DNA of 64,000 nt, from assembly GCA_977862235.1 (NCBI GenBank), contig OZ374558.1:3100001-3164000 (forward strand), read 5' to 3'. Positions within the stretch are counted from its first letter, which is position 1; the number at the start of each line of letters is the position of its first letter. The notes under the pieces are model-generated. The model ran no database searches. It was not told where the DNA came from and worked only from the letters and a program-made list of their open reading frames with translations. Origin of the DNA: Dudresnaya verticillata. Lineage: Eukaryota. Both the position numbers and the translations under genes were made by a program. Shown here in pieces: positions 1 to 11,780 of this stretch.

Positions 1-535
1 GACCTCAACGGCTAGGGATAATTGGTCTCCTGTACCGCCTTAGACAGTAATGATTACAGTAGAAAAAAGGAAATAGTAACCAAGAGACTTAAAATACCAG
101 AAAAGGAGAAAAGGGGCCTTTAAGAAACAGACACATACACTCGAAAAAATGCATTAAGAAAAGGGATTAAAAAGGTGATTCGGAAAAGAGGGTTCAAAAG
201 GGAAATAGAAAGAAAAATAGTACATTACAATATGATACCATGGTCACTTTGGCCTCTGTAAGAGGGACGCTAAACAGTTACATTTCCAGTACCCCGTTAC
301 AACACGATATCAAGGCAGCAATCTTCGTACACGTGTTGGCCGACTCTCAGGCATTGCGGATGCGACTATAATCGTCGACTTCCTAGAGAACCTCCCAGAT
401 GAGACCCTCTACTCGGAGGACGCTATCAGGGCTCCTGCTACCCTCTACCGGGTTATCAGAGACTAACTCACTGTAAAGGGCCTGACATACGAACAGCACC
501 CTCAGAGTAATCGGGTTGCGCACGGTCTACCCTCT

Positions 536-1824
536 ATGCTTTACGCTACAGAGGCAGAGAGAACTAACGCTATCGCTCGGCTTGTGGCAGCAAACAGTCC
601 CGGTGGCCAAAGCTCGCACCCAGGTGGAGCCCCGTCGCCTGCAAATGACACAGCCGCTGGAGTAACGCAAACACTGACTACTATCACGGATGAAAAGAAG
701 CTTTCTCAGAACGTAGCTAACCACTTCAAGAAAGGTGATACGTCTATTGGAAGGCTTGGTGAGGACCTCTCCGAACACATCAACAACTATCTTGAAGCGG
801 GCAGAGACTACGGGCTGGACAACTCACAGAAGCTACTATTCCTCTACAATAATTTCGATGGGGAAGCTAAACGATTCTATCGCGAGAAGCTAGCAGATCT
901 CTGTGACACATTCTCAGCAACAGTCTGTATCATGCAAGAGGAGTTCAACAATACCACTCGGCAGAACCGTGTGCGTAAACATCTTCAGAGCCTAAGACTA
1001 ATCGCTATAGTTAAGGCGAAGAAATGTAGTAGTACGGAAGCATTTGAGGAACATTTTGAAACGCTCACCGAGTTCGCCCCCGAAGGACCTGGAACACACC
1101 GTTCGGAAAAGGAAAAGGTAGAATACCTCTATTAAACTGTCGTAGGAGCTACTTGGGCTAAGGTGTCTCTCTCCTATGGCCAAACAGCCAACCCTCCTTG
1201 GGATTTCCAACAGCTGTATGCCGCATAGGAACGCCGCCTGGCTTCAGGAGCAGGAAGAAGAAAAAGAGCGTAAGAAGGATAACTCTGGAAGCAAGATGGT
1301 ATTACGATCAAGCAATAAAGTACCCGGCCATTATTACCAAGGGCAAGGTACGTACGGAAGACAACGTAAGCCTGGTTCCAGATCCTCAGCCCAGCGGAAC
1401 TACCAGTCAGAGCACCGTACCAGTGTAAATGACGATAAGAATGGGACCGAAAAGTTCGGTAGACTACGTCACAACTGTGGGCGTTTAAACGATATTTTCA
1501 AGGGACTGTCGTAATGGGAGAAAACGCCTTCGAATTGTCGTTAAAATGGTTAAACAAGACCCCAAAGAAGCCGCACACGTTTTATTCGAGCTCTATGTCC
1601 AAATCGAAGACGTTCTTTTCCAAAATGATGATGAGGTCTTGCAGAAACTCTTGGCCGGGAAAGGCGGGAAACTAGAATCCAACGACTCCACCTCGCCTGA
1701 CTCTGAGAGCTCGGAATCAGATCACGTCTCCGAGGACCTCCATGAGCGCATTATGGAAGCTGAAAGAGAAGACTCGAACGACACCAAAGGTTTGACTGAA
1801 CTATTCGACCCGGAGGAGTTTTAG
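536..1824 (+). pseudogene. copia gag region, fragmented
   Basis: ORFs 536-1135, 1176-1514 and 1546-1824 precede the protease. YNNFDGEAKRFYRE...MQEEFNNTTRQNRVR is gag-like. Confidence 0.7.
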
Positions 1825-2069
1825 ACGAAGGCAGTTGTATACACCGTCGAAGTTTGCGACCGATAACGGCTAATAACCGTCAAGCTGGTCAATGTTTCGA
1901 AACTGTCCTCCGTAAGAAACGGTGCCGTAATAAAAGCCTCGCACTCGGTCTATAAAATCCCAGTTGAGAAGGAAGGAGCGATGGAAGCAGAGAAAAGAAA
2001 CGCCCATTCAAAGTTCTGGAACTGAGTTTGGAAAAGGTCAAACTCAACCACGGTAAATAAAATATCATT

Positions 2070-4990
2070 TGGCCTGCGTAGGCACTGTGCCCAAAGAACG
2101 GTCATTCGGTTGAAGAAAACCAAAGCCTATTGCCGGTACGTGGGAGTCAAGTTCAAACCTAGAAGTAGCAACAACAGTTACAGGTTTGGAAAAGACCAAC
2201 AAAAGTCCTTAGGCTCAATCCCAATTAGGGTACCACTGGCTCCGACTAAATTTGCAATGATAAACGTCGATGTCGTCTCGGCAAATGTACCATTCCTTAT
2301 CCGGTTGCATGTCATGGATTCTTTAGGAATCTACGTAGATACAGTATCTAATGAACTTCGTTGTCCTACCAGAAATTGGAGTACTCCCGCGGTAAGAAAG
2401 TTCGGATATGAATACCTTGAATGGAACAAGGTTGGCCATATTCTCTTCACAGAGAACGAGCTCGTAAATTGCACCGTGGTTTTCAGCATCCTTCCAATGA
2501 TAAACGACTCAATCTGCTAAAACGAGCACGCTCTGAAGAGATTAACGAAGAAAATTTCCAGATCCTGCAGGACATTGCCAAGAAATGTGACACCTGCCAA
2601 AGGCTCGGACCTACGCGTTTGAGATATAAATCCAAGATGCCAAACTCTGATGAGCTCATCTTCGGATCACAAGTCTCACTAGACCTTATGTTCCTGAATT
2701 CTAGGGCATTACTACATATTGTCGTTATGTCTACTAGATTTTCAAGTGCCACATTCCTAGATGCTCATGAGATGGACTACGGGCAGAGTTTTGAAGGTTT
2801 ATGCAGAGTGTTTTTGGAAGCATGGTGTACTGTGTATACCGGATTCCGTAGTGGAATGAAGACAGACTCTGCATCCGTATTTAGTAATAAGTGATACTTC
2901 ACCTAGATGGAAGATTATGGCAGATTCAGTTGGAATCGAGCTACAAATATCTGGGATTCAGTGACACAATTCTCTCGGAATCGGAGAAACGCTTCATGAC
3001 CCACTGAGAAGAGTATATGATAAGGTGAGCCTTATTTATCCTCACGAGTCCCTGAATATTATTCTCAAACTAGGGTTGAAAGAAATGAACAATAAGATTG
3101 GAGAGGGCGGCATGGTACCCTCGCTACTAGCATTCGGGACTATTCCTAGATTTCCAATCATTAATTCTCAGATGGCTTCCCAACAGGAACAGATGAATAT
3201 TCTCAACGATTGCAAAAGGGAAATGAGTACCTTCATCGCGGAAAGAGGTGTGCTAGCTGCATTGAAGCACAAAGCACCTCTAGCCGCAGATCGAATTTAC
3301 CTTCCTGGTGGCGAATTACTTGTCGCAATAGAATGCAGAAAGAGGAATAAATGGTTTGGCCCGTTACCGCGTTACTAGAAATCGCAGATACCAAAGGCAA
3401 AGACAAAGGACAGTATCCACCGATTCAAACCTTATTTCTGAAAAAAGGCCCGAACAATCAAGAATCCATCCAGTCAAAGGCGTTCTTCCACAGAGGAACC
3501 GAGCCCTTTCGTACAAAAGACGTACCCATTCCTCCTCCATTGTCAAATTACCTAACAGAAGTACTGAAGCCTGGATATCCAAGCGTGAAGGACAAACGCT
3601 TCAACACTTCCAAGCAGAAAGAGATAAAAGGGCTTGTGCACAGAGGGAAGTGGAAGATAATAATGAAAATCGAAGTATAAAAAATGCCAATATCTTAGGA
3701 GGAGTATTTTTCTTAACCAGCAAAGACGAAGACACGAAGTAATGATTATGGAAAGAAGGATTTGTAGTGCAAAGATACAGAGACAGGATGAAGACATCAC
3801 TAGTACACGATACAGCAACACACAAACAGCAGCCGACTGCAATGTTAGTGGGTTTAGCAACAATATTCGGGTTCAGACTGTACTCGACAGACTTTACACA
3901 AGCATACCTTCGAAGTGCTGAAGAGCTACAAATGTGTACATCAAACCCTCCGGTGAATTAGAACTCGGAGAGGACCAACTCCTCAACCTACTGAAACCAC
4001 TCGGTCCCGATGATAGCGGAGTATAGTGGAGCTAAACACTGCACGATGACCTTCTTCAAGACCTAGGATTGGAGTCAACCATCTCCTGTGGAGCTTTTTT
4101 CTTCAAGCAACTTCAAAAGAAATTGGAAATGCTATGCGTCACATACGTCGATGATTCCTTACAGCCTGGAAACCCATGATTTAAAAGACACGTCTAGGAA
4201 AATAGAGGAGACGTTCCAGTGCCGAAAAATAAGCTGTGACGATTTCCAATTCGTAGGCATGTAGATTAAAACTAAGGGTACTGAGTTTCAAACACATCAA
4301 CAGAAGTATATTTCTCAACTTAAGCTTCTCAACAGTGAAGCAAGTTTCAAGGACTGTCGGTCGCAAAGAGCTAAACTATCATGGGTAAGCAACACCTGGC
4401 CCGATATTTCTTTTCCAGTATCTCAAAGTGCACAGGTAACCATTGAAAGGTTGAACCAAGATCCAGTTCTATTCACTAGGGCTCTGAATAGTAACCTGAG
4501 CAACCTTCGGAATAACAAAAATGTGAAATTGAGGTATCCAAAGCTGGAAAAATGGACCCTTAAGTTACAAGTATACTTTGACGTTTCGTACGGTAAAACA
4601 CGACGGTTCATCACAACTGGGGTATTTTTATTATCTTTTCAACCAACTCGTCTAAGAAGTGGCAACCAATCTATTGGTCTTCACACAAGTCTAAACGAGT
4701 CAGGCGAGCGATGCTAGTCAGTGAAACTATCGATTTTGCCGATGCATTCGACATGGCCTATGCCATTAAGCATGATCTACAACAAATGCCAAAGATATAC
4801 ATACCTATAGTGATGCTCACGGATAGTTTGTCTCCATTTGATGTCATAACGAAGGCATCTTCAACAGCCGAGAAGAGGTTAATGATCGACTTGGAAGTAG
4901 GTAAGAATGTTTACAAAATGCACGAGGTGGAGCAGGTCTGATTCGTTCGATCAGAGGGTAACTTAGCCGATGGACTAAAGAAGAAGACGA
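2070..4990 (+). pseudogene. copia pol (protease-integrase-RT-RNase H), frameshifted
   Basis: Motifs are spread over ORFs 2110-2520, 2421-2894, 3025-3378, 3351-3680, 3767-3961, 4451-4717 and 4711-4941. Confidence 0.88.
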
Positions 4991-5695
4991 GGTTTTCGAT
5001 TCTTCCGACCACCCTGCGTACACCGAAACTCTATCATCGCATCGAGAAGTGTGTTGAAAGAATGAAATAATGGTTTATCAAGCGAAAACGTTTTGGGAGT
5101 GTCGGTCTGTCCATTTTGGCCTCTTGTGAGGTGGACAAAATCGATTGCTCCACGCACAATGGATAGATAGACAGCACTACACTAGCGCTGCACAACCACC
5201 GCTGGGTGGCAAAGTGGGGCCCAAACCTTGCTTTATTGGGCCCAGACCACCCAGGAGGTGCCAGCGTTAGGCGAGTTCACTTAGACAAACCTCCCTTTTA
5301 GTACCAAATAACCCCTTTTATTGGTAATATATGCGTTTAGCGCTAAGCTTAGGCTACTTTAGTTACGCTATACGCTATAAGTTTGGTACTGGCTAGAGCT
5401 AGTTAAGGTGATGTCAAGCCAACTAGCGGAACGGACCCAATACCAAGAACAACCACCACCACCACCACTGTAAAGTGAGCAACTTTTCGCCCACGCCGCC
5501 GTCGCAACCGCGCCGCCGGCCGTTTCAGCGAAACACGCCACGGACATCGCCTGTGCCTGACCCATCCGCGCAGCAGACTGCGCGCAGGACCGGACCGATT
5601 TTCATCATAACAGCCCTATCAGTGCGCAACTGTCGACCTACAGGAGCACTTGGTCGGATGGAATCCCCCGTCTCGACCGACAGCGTGCACGAACA

Positions 5696-5971
5696 GTTCA
5701 AATTTTGGGCAGCGCAGCCCGTCGTACGCGTCGAGCACAGTTCAAATTTGGACAGCGTTGCCCGTCGTGCGCGCCGAGCGCGACGAATCGAGACCACGGT
5801 AGCGGCCAATCTCGTGCGCGAAAATCGGCGCAGAAATTGCGCGGCCAATCAACTGCCCGTGCTCCTCGTGTGCTACGCGCGTGCATGAATGTCTGTTCAA
5901 ATTTGGGCAGCGCTGCTCGTCATGCGCGCCGAGCGCCACGAACCGAGCTCACAGCAGCGGCCTATCTCGTG
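5696..5971 (+). repeat. Three diverged direct repeats starting GTTCAAATTT(T)GG, just upstream of a PPT/LTR
   Basis: Copies start at 5696, 5740 and 5895. Copies 2 and 3 align over about 75 bp (GCGCGCCGAGCGC.ACGAA.CGAG...AGCGGCC.ATCTCGTG). Confidence 0.85.
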
Positions 5972-6043
5972 GCGATGTTGCGGCCACCGTCGGCTCGGTA
6001 TCGACAGGCGTGAGAGGGGCGCTCACGCTTGAGGAGAGGGCCG

Positions 6044-6810
6044 TGTGTTATAGCTGTCAGGAGCCCATCAGTAGGTGTTGTAAGGGGATGCACAGTCGCG
6101 CACTGTAATGGTGCGTGCGACGACGCCCGCTGGCAGGTCGTATTTGGGAAGCGAGCCAATTAGCTGTTTTCATTGATTTTAGCGGCGGTCGATCGCCTTG
6201 CTTTCGGCAGCGGCCGCGCGTCGTGCCACACACGGCGCGCCCTAGTGGCGTTCTCCGGCACCAAGCAGTTGAGAAGGCCGCTGCCCGTAACGACCCGCGC
6301 GCGCCCAAGGGTAGCCGTTACCGGGACGTGTCGACAAGTGTATGGTCGCTCTCTCGCGCCTCCCGCTTTGGTGTTGCAGAGCCGTATACGCTGTAATTGG
6401 AGCTGTAAGTGTACATAGCGTAGAGTATTTAAGACCTTCTGCCATCGACGGCTTAGTAAACCGGGCGAGCAACAGCTGGCACTGAAGCCATCCCAACCTT
6501 TCGGGTTCGATCCCTTTCTCTACGCCAGATGGTGTTTTCCCTTTCTCCTTTGCCTTGCTAGGCTCTCCTTCTTTCCTTCCTTTTCCTTCCTCTTCGTGCC
6601 GCTCTTCGACAGAGAAGCTGGAATCTGGGCGCTAACTACCCGCGTGCGGTACGTCCCGTGCACGCTACGGCATCGACGCCGTCGATCCGTACCTTCCGGG
6701 GCGCGCGCGGCCGACACTGCTCTATACACAAGCCACCCCTTGGCGGGTCTCTGTGATGACTTAGAACCAGTTTTCGCTAGACGTCGGATCGACCCGATGC
6801 CAATGCTACA
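6044..6810 (+). mobile_element. LTR, probably the 3' LTR of a truncated element, related to the solo LTR at 13440-14234
   Basis: Starts TGTGTTATAGCTGTCAG (14/17 match to TGTGGCATAGCTGTAAG at 13440) right after the purine tract GAGGAGAGGGCCG (6031-6043). Ends ...ATGCTACA. Segment ~6595-6716 aligns with ~14010-14134. TATA-like GTAGAGTATTTAAG at ~6420. Confidence 0.75.
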
Positions 6811-7915
6811 ACCTCCGCGGGGTGGCAGAGCAGCTCGCACCGAGACGGGAGAACACCAAACGGCTAGCCGTGACAGGATATTGGGCAGCAACAGACAAGG
6901 GGGTGGTACAAGTATCGTGACGGACTCCGCAACGGTGGTGGTGGTAGGCCACAACAGGCTCGGCGCGGGGAAAACGTCAAGGACGGGGCTACAATGGGCT
7001 TGCGGTCCACGGTTTACGGTGCCTGTTTACCTTAGGAGCCGCCGCGGTGCCGCCCTGTTATGAACTCAGGGTGGTCCGGGTGTTCCGATCGCTGGGGGCT
7101 AGATACTAGTGGTCTGGACGCGTGGTGGAATTGGCCCTGCTGGTCCCATTTCCGGCACGAGCAAGGCCACAATACAGAAATTCCTACCGCCTCGGATGCC
7201 GAGGCTCACTTCATCACATTCAAGTCGTACTCCCACTCGGACGAAAATCCCCTTTGGATCCCTAAAATATAGGTCTTCAATTTTGATGGAGAAATATCGT
7301 TCCCAGTCTTCTTTTTCTAATAGCTGGCGGCTAACGCAATAAAATACTAACGGAATCGCCTCAGCTGAGCTTCCATACAGTCCTGGTAACCGCACGGTAG
7401 ACAAGCTCCATCTTTTGATGGGGGCGAGAAACGCCTTGTCCCATCCATGAAAGTTTGGTCCTGAATCTTTGCCAGGAGCGGGGAGCGGTGTGAAAGAAAC
7501 TTGTAGATTACGAGCGTGCTGAGAGCCCAAATCGCATTGCAAACGGAACGGTGCGTGTTTATGGGGACCGTCACTCCGAGCAGTGCCTGTGCCTCCTCAG
7601 AATGTTCTTCTTCGAGCAGTGAAGGAGCCTCAGTGGCAGATGTGCTGACATACAAATTTCTGGGGGAGCCCCAGATCGTCGGCGGTAAAGTATAGTCGAT
7701 AGCCGCATCGGAATCATCGAAGCCCAGCTTTTAGTGGGTCGAGGATGTGTGTTAAGGGTTGCAGGCAGAGGAAAGTGGGGAGGTGGTTCTGGTTGCCATG
7801 CGGATGGAGGACTAGCCGTGAGATGCCAGGAGGATGACGACACCGACACCGAGTGGTGGTGATGGGCAGCTCGGTAACTTGGGTGGTGGTCGTACTAGAT
7901 CGCCACAGTGACCCC
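6811..7915 (-). mobile_element. Probable 3' remnant of an L1/Tx1-like non-LTR retrotransposon
   Basis: Frameshifted fragments read LVLH...NHLPTF (zf-RVT-like W..LH..LPT) and NAIWAL/HARNLQV (IW..W..RN-type C-terminal motif). No RT core is visible. Confidence 0.4.
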
Positions 7916-8173
7916 ATTTGTATATCTATCTATCTTGGGTAGAGCTTTTGTGGCGCAATTTTCGAACAGCTGGGCCTCTTTCTGGCTGGGAGATGGCATA
8001 TTGTAAGGTACAACATAACGTTGAGCTCGAAATCTGGCTTGGGGACTTCATTAGAAGGAATGCAGGCAGACCTCCGTCCGCCTCCGGAAATAGCCACATT
8101 GCAGGTCAATATTAGCCTTGGCTTCTTGCAACAAACTGAACCGAATAAAGGCAACCTGATGGCACCATAATGG

Positions 8174-8865
8174 TGTGAGGAAGTATCAACACAGTGTGGC
8201 TCTGCTGTCCGAACTTGCCGCCCTCTCCCTTTACTTCTGTCCTACGTTATCGTCCGCCTACCTTACCTTTAGTCCGCTAACTCTCCGCCCTGAATCTGGA
8301 AACGCTTTTCTACGCTTCACAGGCAATAAAAGCGGATTTTGCGCCTAGCAAACGATATCGGCTCCTTGATATCGTTTAGCCGCAGTTCACGCCCTTTCCA
8401 GAATTGCTGCTGTCACTTCCTGAATCAAACACATTTTTACTCTACGGATCGATGCCCTTCTTCGCCCTCGGCGGGTTGGACCGTCGCCCATAAGAGATCT
8501 GTCGCTTGAGAGAGCTGGAATCAGGGGCGCTCAGAGACCCCAAGCAAAGGGATGAAGTCCACCGTGTAAGACTGGCATCCTAAAATACAACTAAAACTGG
8601 GAGGCGCACCCGCAGCGGGCGCCCGATCCGGCCGAAGATTCCATATGCCGCCAGAAATAAACACAAATTATATAATCGCCATAGCGCCAGACTGCTCCCG
8701 GTGCTCTTCAACCCTACTCTAGAGCGCCACCTGAATCAAACGAGCGCTGGTGACGCCGCCAGGGCCCCTTATATCAGCCTGGCCACACCGGCCGGAACCG
8801 GCCGGAATACGATAAAGCGCCATGACTGGTCGCCGGGGTGCCCAACTGTTTTACCGCTCCTAACT
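8174..8865 (-). repeat. 3' LTR of the chromovirus-like gypsy element
   Basis: Minus-strand PPT GGGGGAG (8866-8872) abuts AGTTAGGA. The far end reads TCCTCACA on the minus strand (plus TGTGAGGA at 8174), giving an imperfect terminal inverted repeat. Minus-strand TATATAA at ~8668. Confidence 0.65.
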
Positions 8866-11780
8866 CTCCCCCGACTAATGTCCGTGTCAATGAAAGTGGG
8901 GCAGAAAGCCGTGCTCTACAATATAATCCCTGACGACGACAGTCAAAGTGCACTCTCCATCAAAGTAGTCTCTTGTAGGGTGTCACTCTGCCTCATGCAG
9001 AGGCGTGCCTTTCAGCAGGGTGAACAATTCACTATCGGGACCAAATCACCTGCTTCCCAGCTTGTCAGAGGCTTTTGACTTAGAGACAGCATCCTTGAAC
9101 AGTCCGCGGCTAGTCCATAAACGGTCCCCTACTTCATATGACGACGAAAAGAGTCTTCGAGCACTATGTGCAGCATTGAGCCTTGGCCAGTTTATGCGCA
9201 AACCGAGCTTCCTCTGGAGCGCTACTCATACTGCATTGAGCTGTGTCACGCTTTCTATAGGTATCTACTGGGAAGTACATGTTCAGAGGAACGCGAGGCT
9301 TCCAACCCAAATCTATCACGAACGAGGTGGCGTGTAGCTCCGCACTCTTCACGGAATTATACACAAACTCTGCAGGTATCAGAAACTCGTCCCAATCATC
9401 TATCGGAGAGATCAATAGTAGCGCAGGTAGTTCTCCACCGTTCGGTACATGATCTCCGATGTCCCATCAGTCTGCGGACTGTGCGTCAACGGCATATGAA
9501 ACTTGGTCGCACAGCGAGAATAAGATGCTCCCAAAATTTAGATTTAAACTTCGAATTAAGGTCAGAAACAATGGAATCTGGTACCCCGTGATGTTTGAAC
9601 ACATTGCATAAAAATGAATCCGCTAAGTCCACTACCGTAACCATCGCCCTACATAGAAGGAAATGCACGCGTTGGGACACCCGATCCACCCATGTTGTGA
9701 TACTGTCAAATCCGACTTTAGTGTGGGGACATATGACGATAAAAATTAATAGCCAACGATCCCCATCGACGAGTAGAATCATCAAAAGGTGAAGGACTGC
9801 CCCACCTTCTACGTAGATTTTCCTTCTTTTGCTGGAAAATCTGGCACCACTCGACGTATCGCTTAAGTCGTGGCTCTTGTGTCGCCAATGAAAGCAACCC
9901 AAACGTCCTAAGGTCTTTACAAAGCCGAAGTGACCCGAAAACGAGGCGTTGTGCGCTTCGAACAATACATCTCTGACGTTCTTTCGGGGCATAGAAGCGT
10001 TTCTCTCATATCAGAGTCTTCCATTAACCGGCATAAAGAGAGGAAGCAGCCTTGTTACCTGATCTTCTTGACCTTTTCAGTCGGTAACTCTCCCTTCAAT
10101 CCTCGTAGAATCGGGCCAAAGACCTGGTCTCCCTAATAAGCAAACGTCGTTGGGAAGGCATCCATACTTGAAGAAGCAATTTGGTTGTTCAAAGTGTCCT
10201 TCATAATATACGGTGCACAGGAAACGACGTCGCCGATCACATGTACTCGACCGGACTTAAGGGTGATCTTGCTGCTTCCAAATTGCGAGAATAGGTCCAA
10301 CCAACGAGCCTCGAGTCGATTCAGCATGGGCTTTGTAAAAAGTGCTTCCGAACTTGATGTTCCCTGAACACTTCAAACGTAGTACCCTACATATAGCACC
10401 GGAGACACTTGAGGAAGTACACGAGTCCCAAACGTTGCCGAGCCATTCTCACCTAACTGTGTCAATGTCACTCCAAGGGATCGCTGGGATGCGTCATTCA
10501 GACAACGGAATGGATTGCCCCAGTCTGGGCAAATCAGGATCGGAGCAGATATTGACAGAGATTTCAGTGTTGCCAAAGTCGCATCGCACTTGGAGTCCCA
10601 TTTACCTATCCCGGCGCCCTTTCTAGTCAGGACCGTTAATGGCGCAGCAATGTCTGAAACCTTCTTGATAAAGCACGTAAAGAACTGCAACAGACCTGTG
10701 AAACTGCGAATGTATTTAAGGGAAGTGGGCTTTGGCCACTCACAGATACCTTTAACCTTCTCTGGATTAACCCTTATTCCATCTTTGCTAATATGAGGCG
10801 CAGAGATCTTGCGCCACGGCATTCCAAGCAGAACATTATGCAAACCATCTAAAACAACAAAGTTGTAAGGATACGTTTGGTTCCATATCATTCACTCTCC
10901 ATCTGCCAAGAGCTGTTTGGACTTTTACACAGTACCTCTCTTCGAGTGCGACGTAACGGCCGCTGGATTCCTCAGCACAAACATGTTGGGGTTGTGATAC
11001 ATGAATGAATTATATTTAGCATTCTTGTTGCAGCCATCGCGTTTCAAGATGTCGACGGGAACATAAATTAGGATACCCTGTAACACAATAAGTTTCGCTA
11101 TTGCCTCAGATTCTGTTGTTGTAGCCAACGCTTCTATGCGTTCCGTTTTTCGGCAGGGATGTACTATTTTTCAAGTCCTTCTGCAATTTCTTTACTGTTC
11201 TGTGAAGGACTGACTAGTTGTCCGAGTCATCACTATGCTCCTGGGTATCATCGCCAACCTCTTCGTCATTGACCTCGACGTTGTTCGCAGCAACCTCACC
11301 ATATTTTTCCACGTGCGGTACCAACCCGGTGGCAAGTGAAATATGCGCTGTTGCGATAATCTTTCAGACGCTGCACCTTCAAGACAACACGTCCGCGACC
11401 GCCTCCTTGAACTATTCCTCGTTCGTGTGATTCTATATTTCCGAAGTCCATCGTGTGGGGCCTTGCAAGCCAGAGGCGCCCCCTGAAGGTTGGATCTAGA
11501 CTACCCAAATGGCACTGTCTACAAGAAGTGCTATCTTGGCTGCCTCCTCTAATGAGGTCATGCTTGACTTCAAAACTTTCAACTTAACATCATAACATCA
11601 TACTTGAGGCCAGCAGTGAAATTATCCCGCATTTCACCATGCGTCATTCCAGAAGCACTGAGAGAGATGTTGCGAAAATAATAGAGATACTTGGAGAGTG
11701 ACGTTGTCGGTCGCAGTCATCGTAGAAATCGGCTTCCCCTTCGTGGGCCTCAATTCTTTCTTTTCATGAAGCCGTCGTGG
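8174..11780 (-). mobile_element. 5'-truncated, degenerate Ty3/gypsy (chromovirus-like) retrotransposon with 3' LTR
   Basis: Gag relic (...LEEAAKIALLVDSAIW, HTMDFGN, FTCHRVG knuckle, 11300-11750). Protease region 10800-11130. RT-thumb/RNase H (EWPKPTS...IRSFTGLLQFF, LNDAS, 10373-10790). Integrase HHCC (EAHNASFSGHFGFVKT) and core (HHGVPDSIVSD). Chromodomain-like TLLKGTPLHEAE*HPTRDY at ~8950-9030. Confidence 0.9.

Larger units (their letters stand above)
305..5160 (+). mobile_element. Degenerate Ty1/copia LTR retrotransposon (GalEa/CoDi-like), domain order gag-PR-INT-RT-RH
   Basis: Gag fragment 536-1135. Protease relic near 2075 (ACV[D]T[G]AQRTVI) and ORF 2110-2520. Integrase HHCC (KLHRGFQHPS...KKCDTCQ) plus SLDLMF and KTDSAS. 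RT motifs TDFTQAYL (~3885) and TYVDD (~4141). RNase H MLTDSLS...AEKRLMIDL...NLADGL (4711-4980). Many stops and frameshifts. Possible degenerate PBS (AACA-CGATATCAAGGC, ~301-316) and possible 3' LTR start TGTCGG at 5100. Boundaries approximate; clade is an inference. Confidence 0.9.

Noticed and set aside
233..240. Minus-strand TGGTATCA as a tRNA-Met primer-binding site
   Set aside because: Only an 8-nt match, with no adjacent LTR end in the required orientation.
241..270. Similarity to 5107-5135 as evidence for paired copia LTRs
   Set aside because: Only a short TTTGGCCTCT core matches, and the alignment cannot be extended by eye.
5696..5971. CRISPR-like array
   Set aside because: Only three diverged, unevenly spaced units in a eukaryotic retroelement context, with no cas genes.
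6448..6514. tRNA-like A/B boxes (GGCTTAGT...GGTTCGATCCC)
   Set aside because: No cloverleaf can be built, and the site lies inside an LTR.
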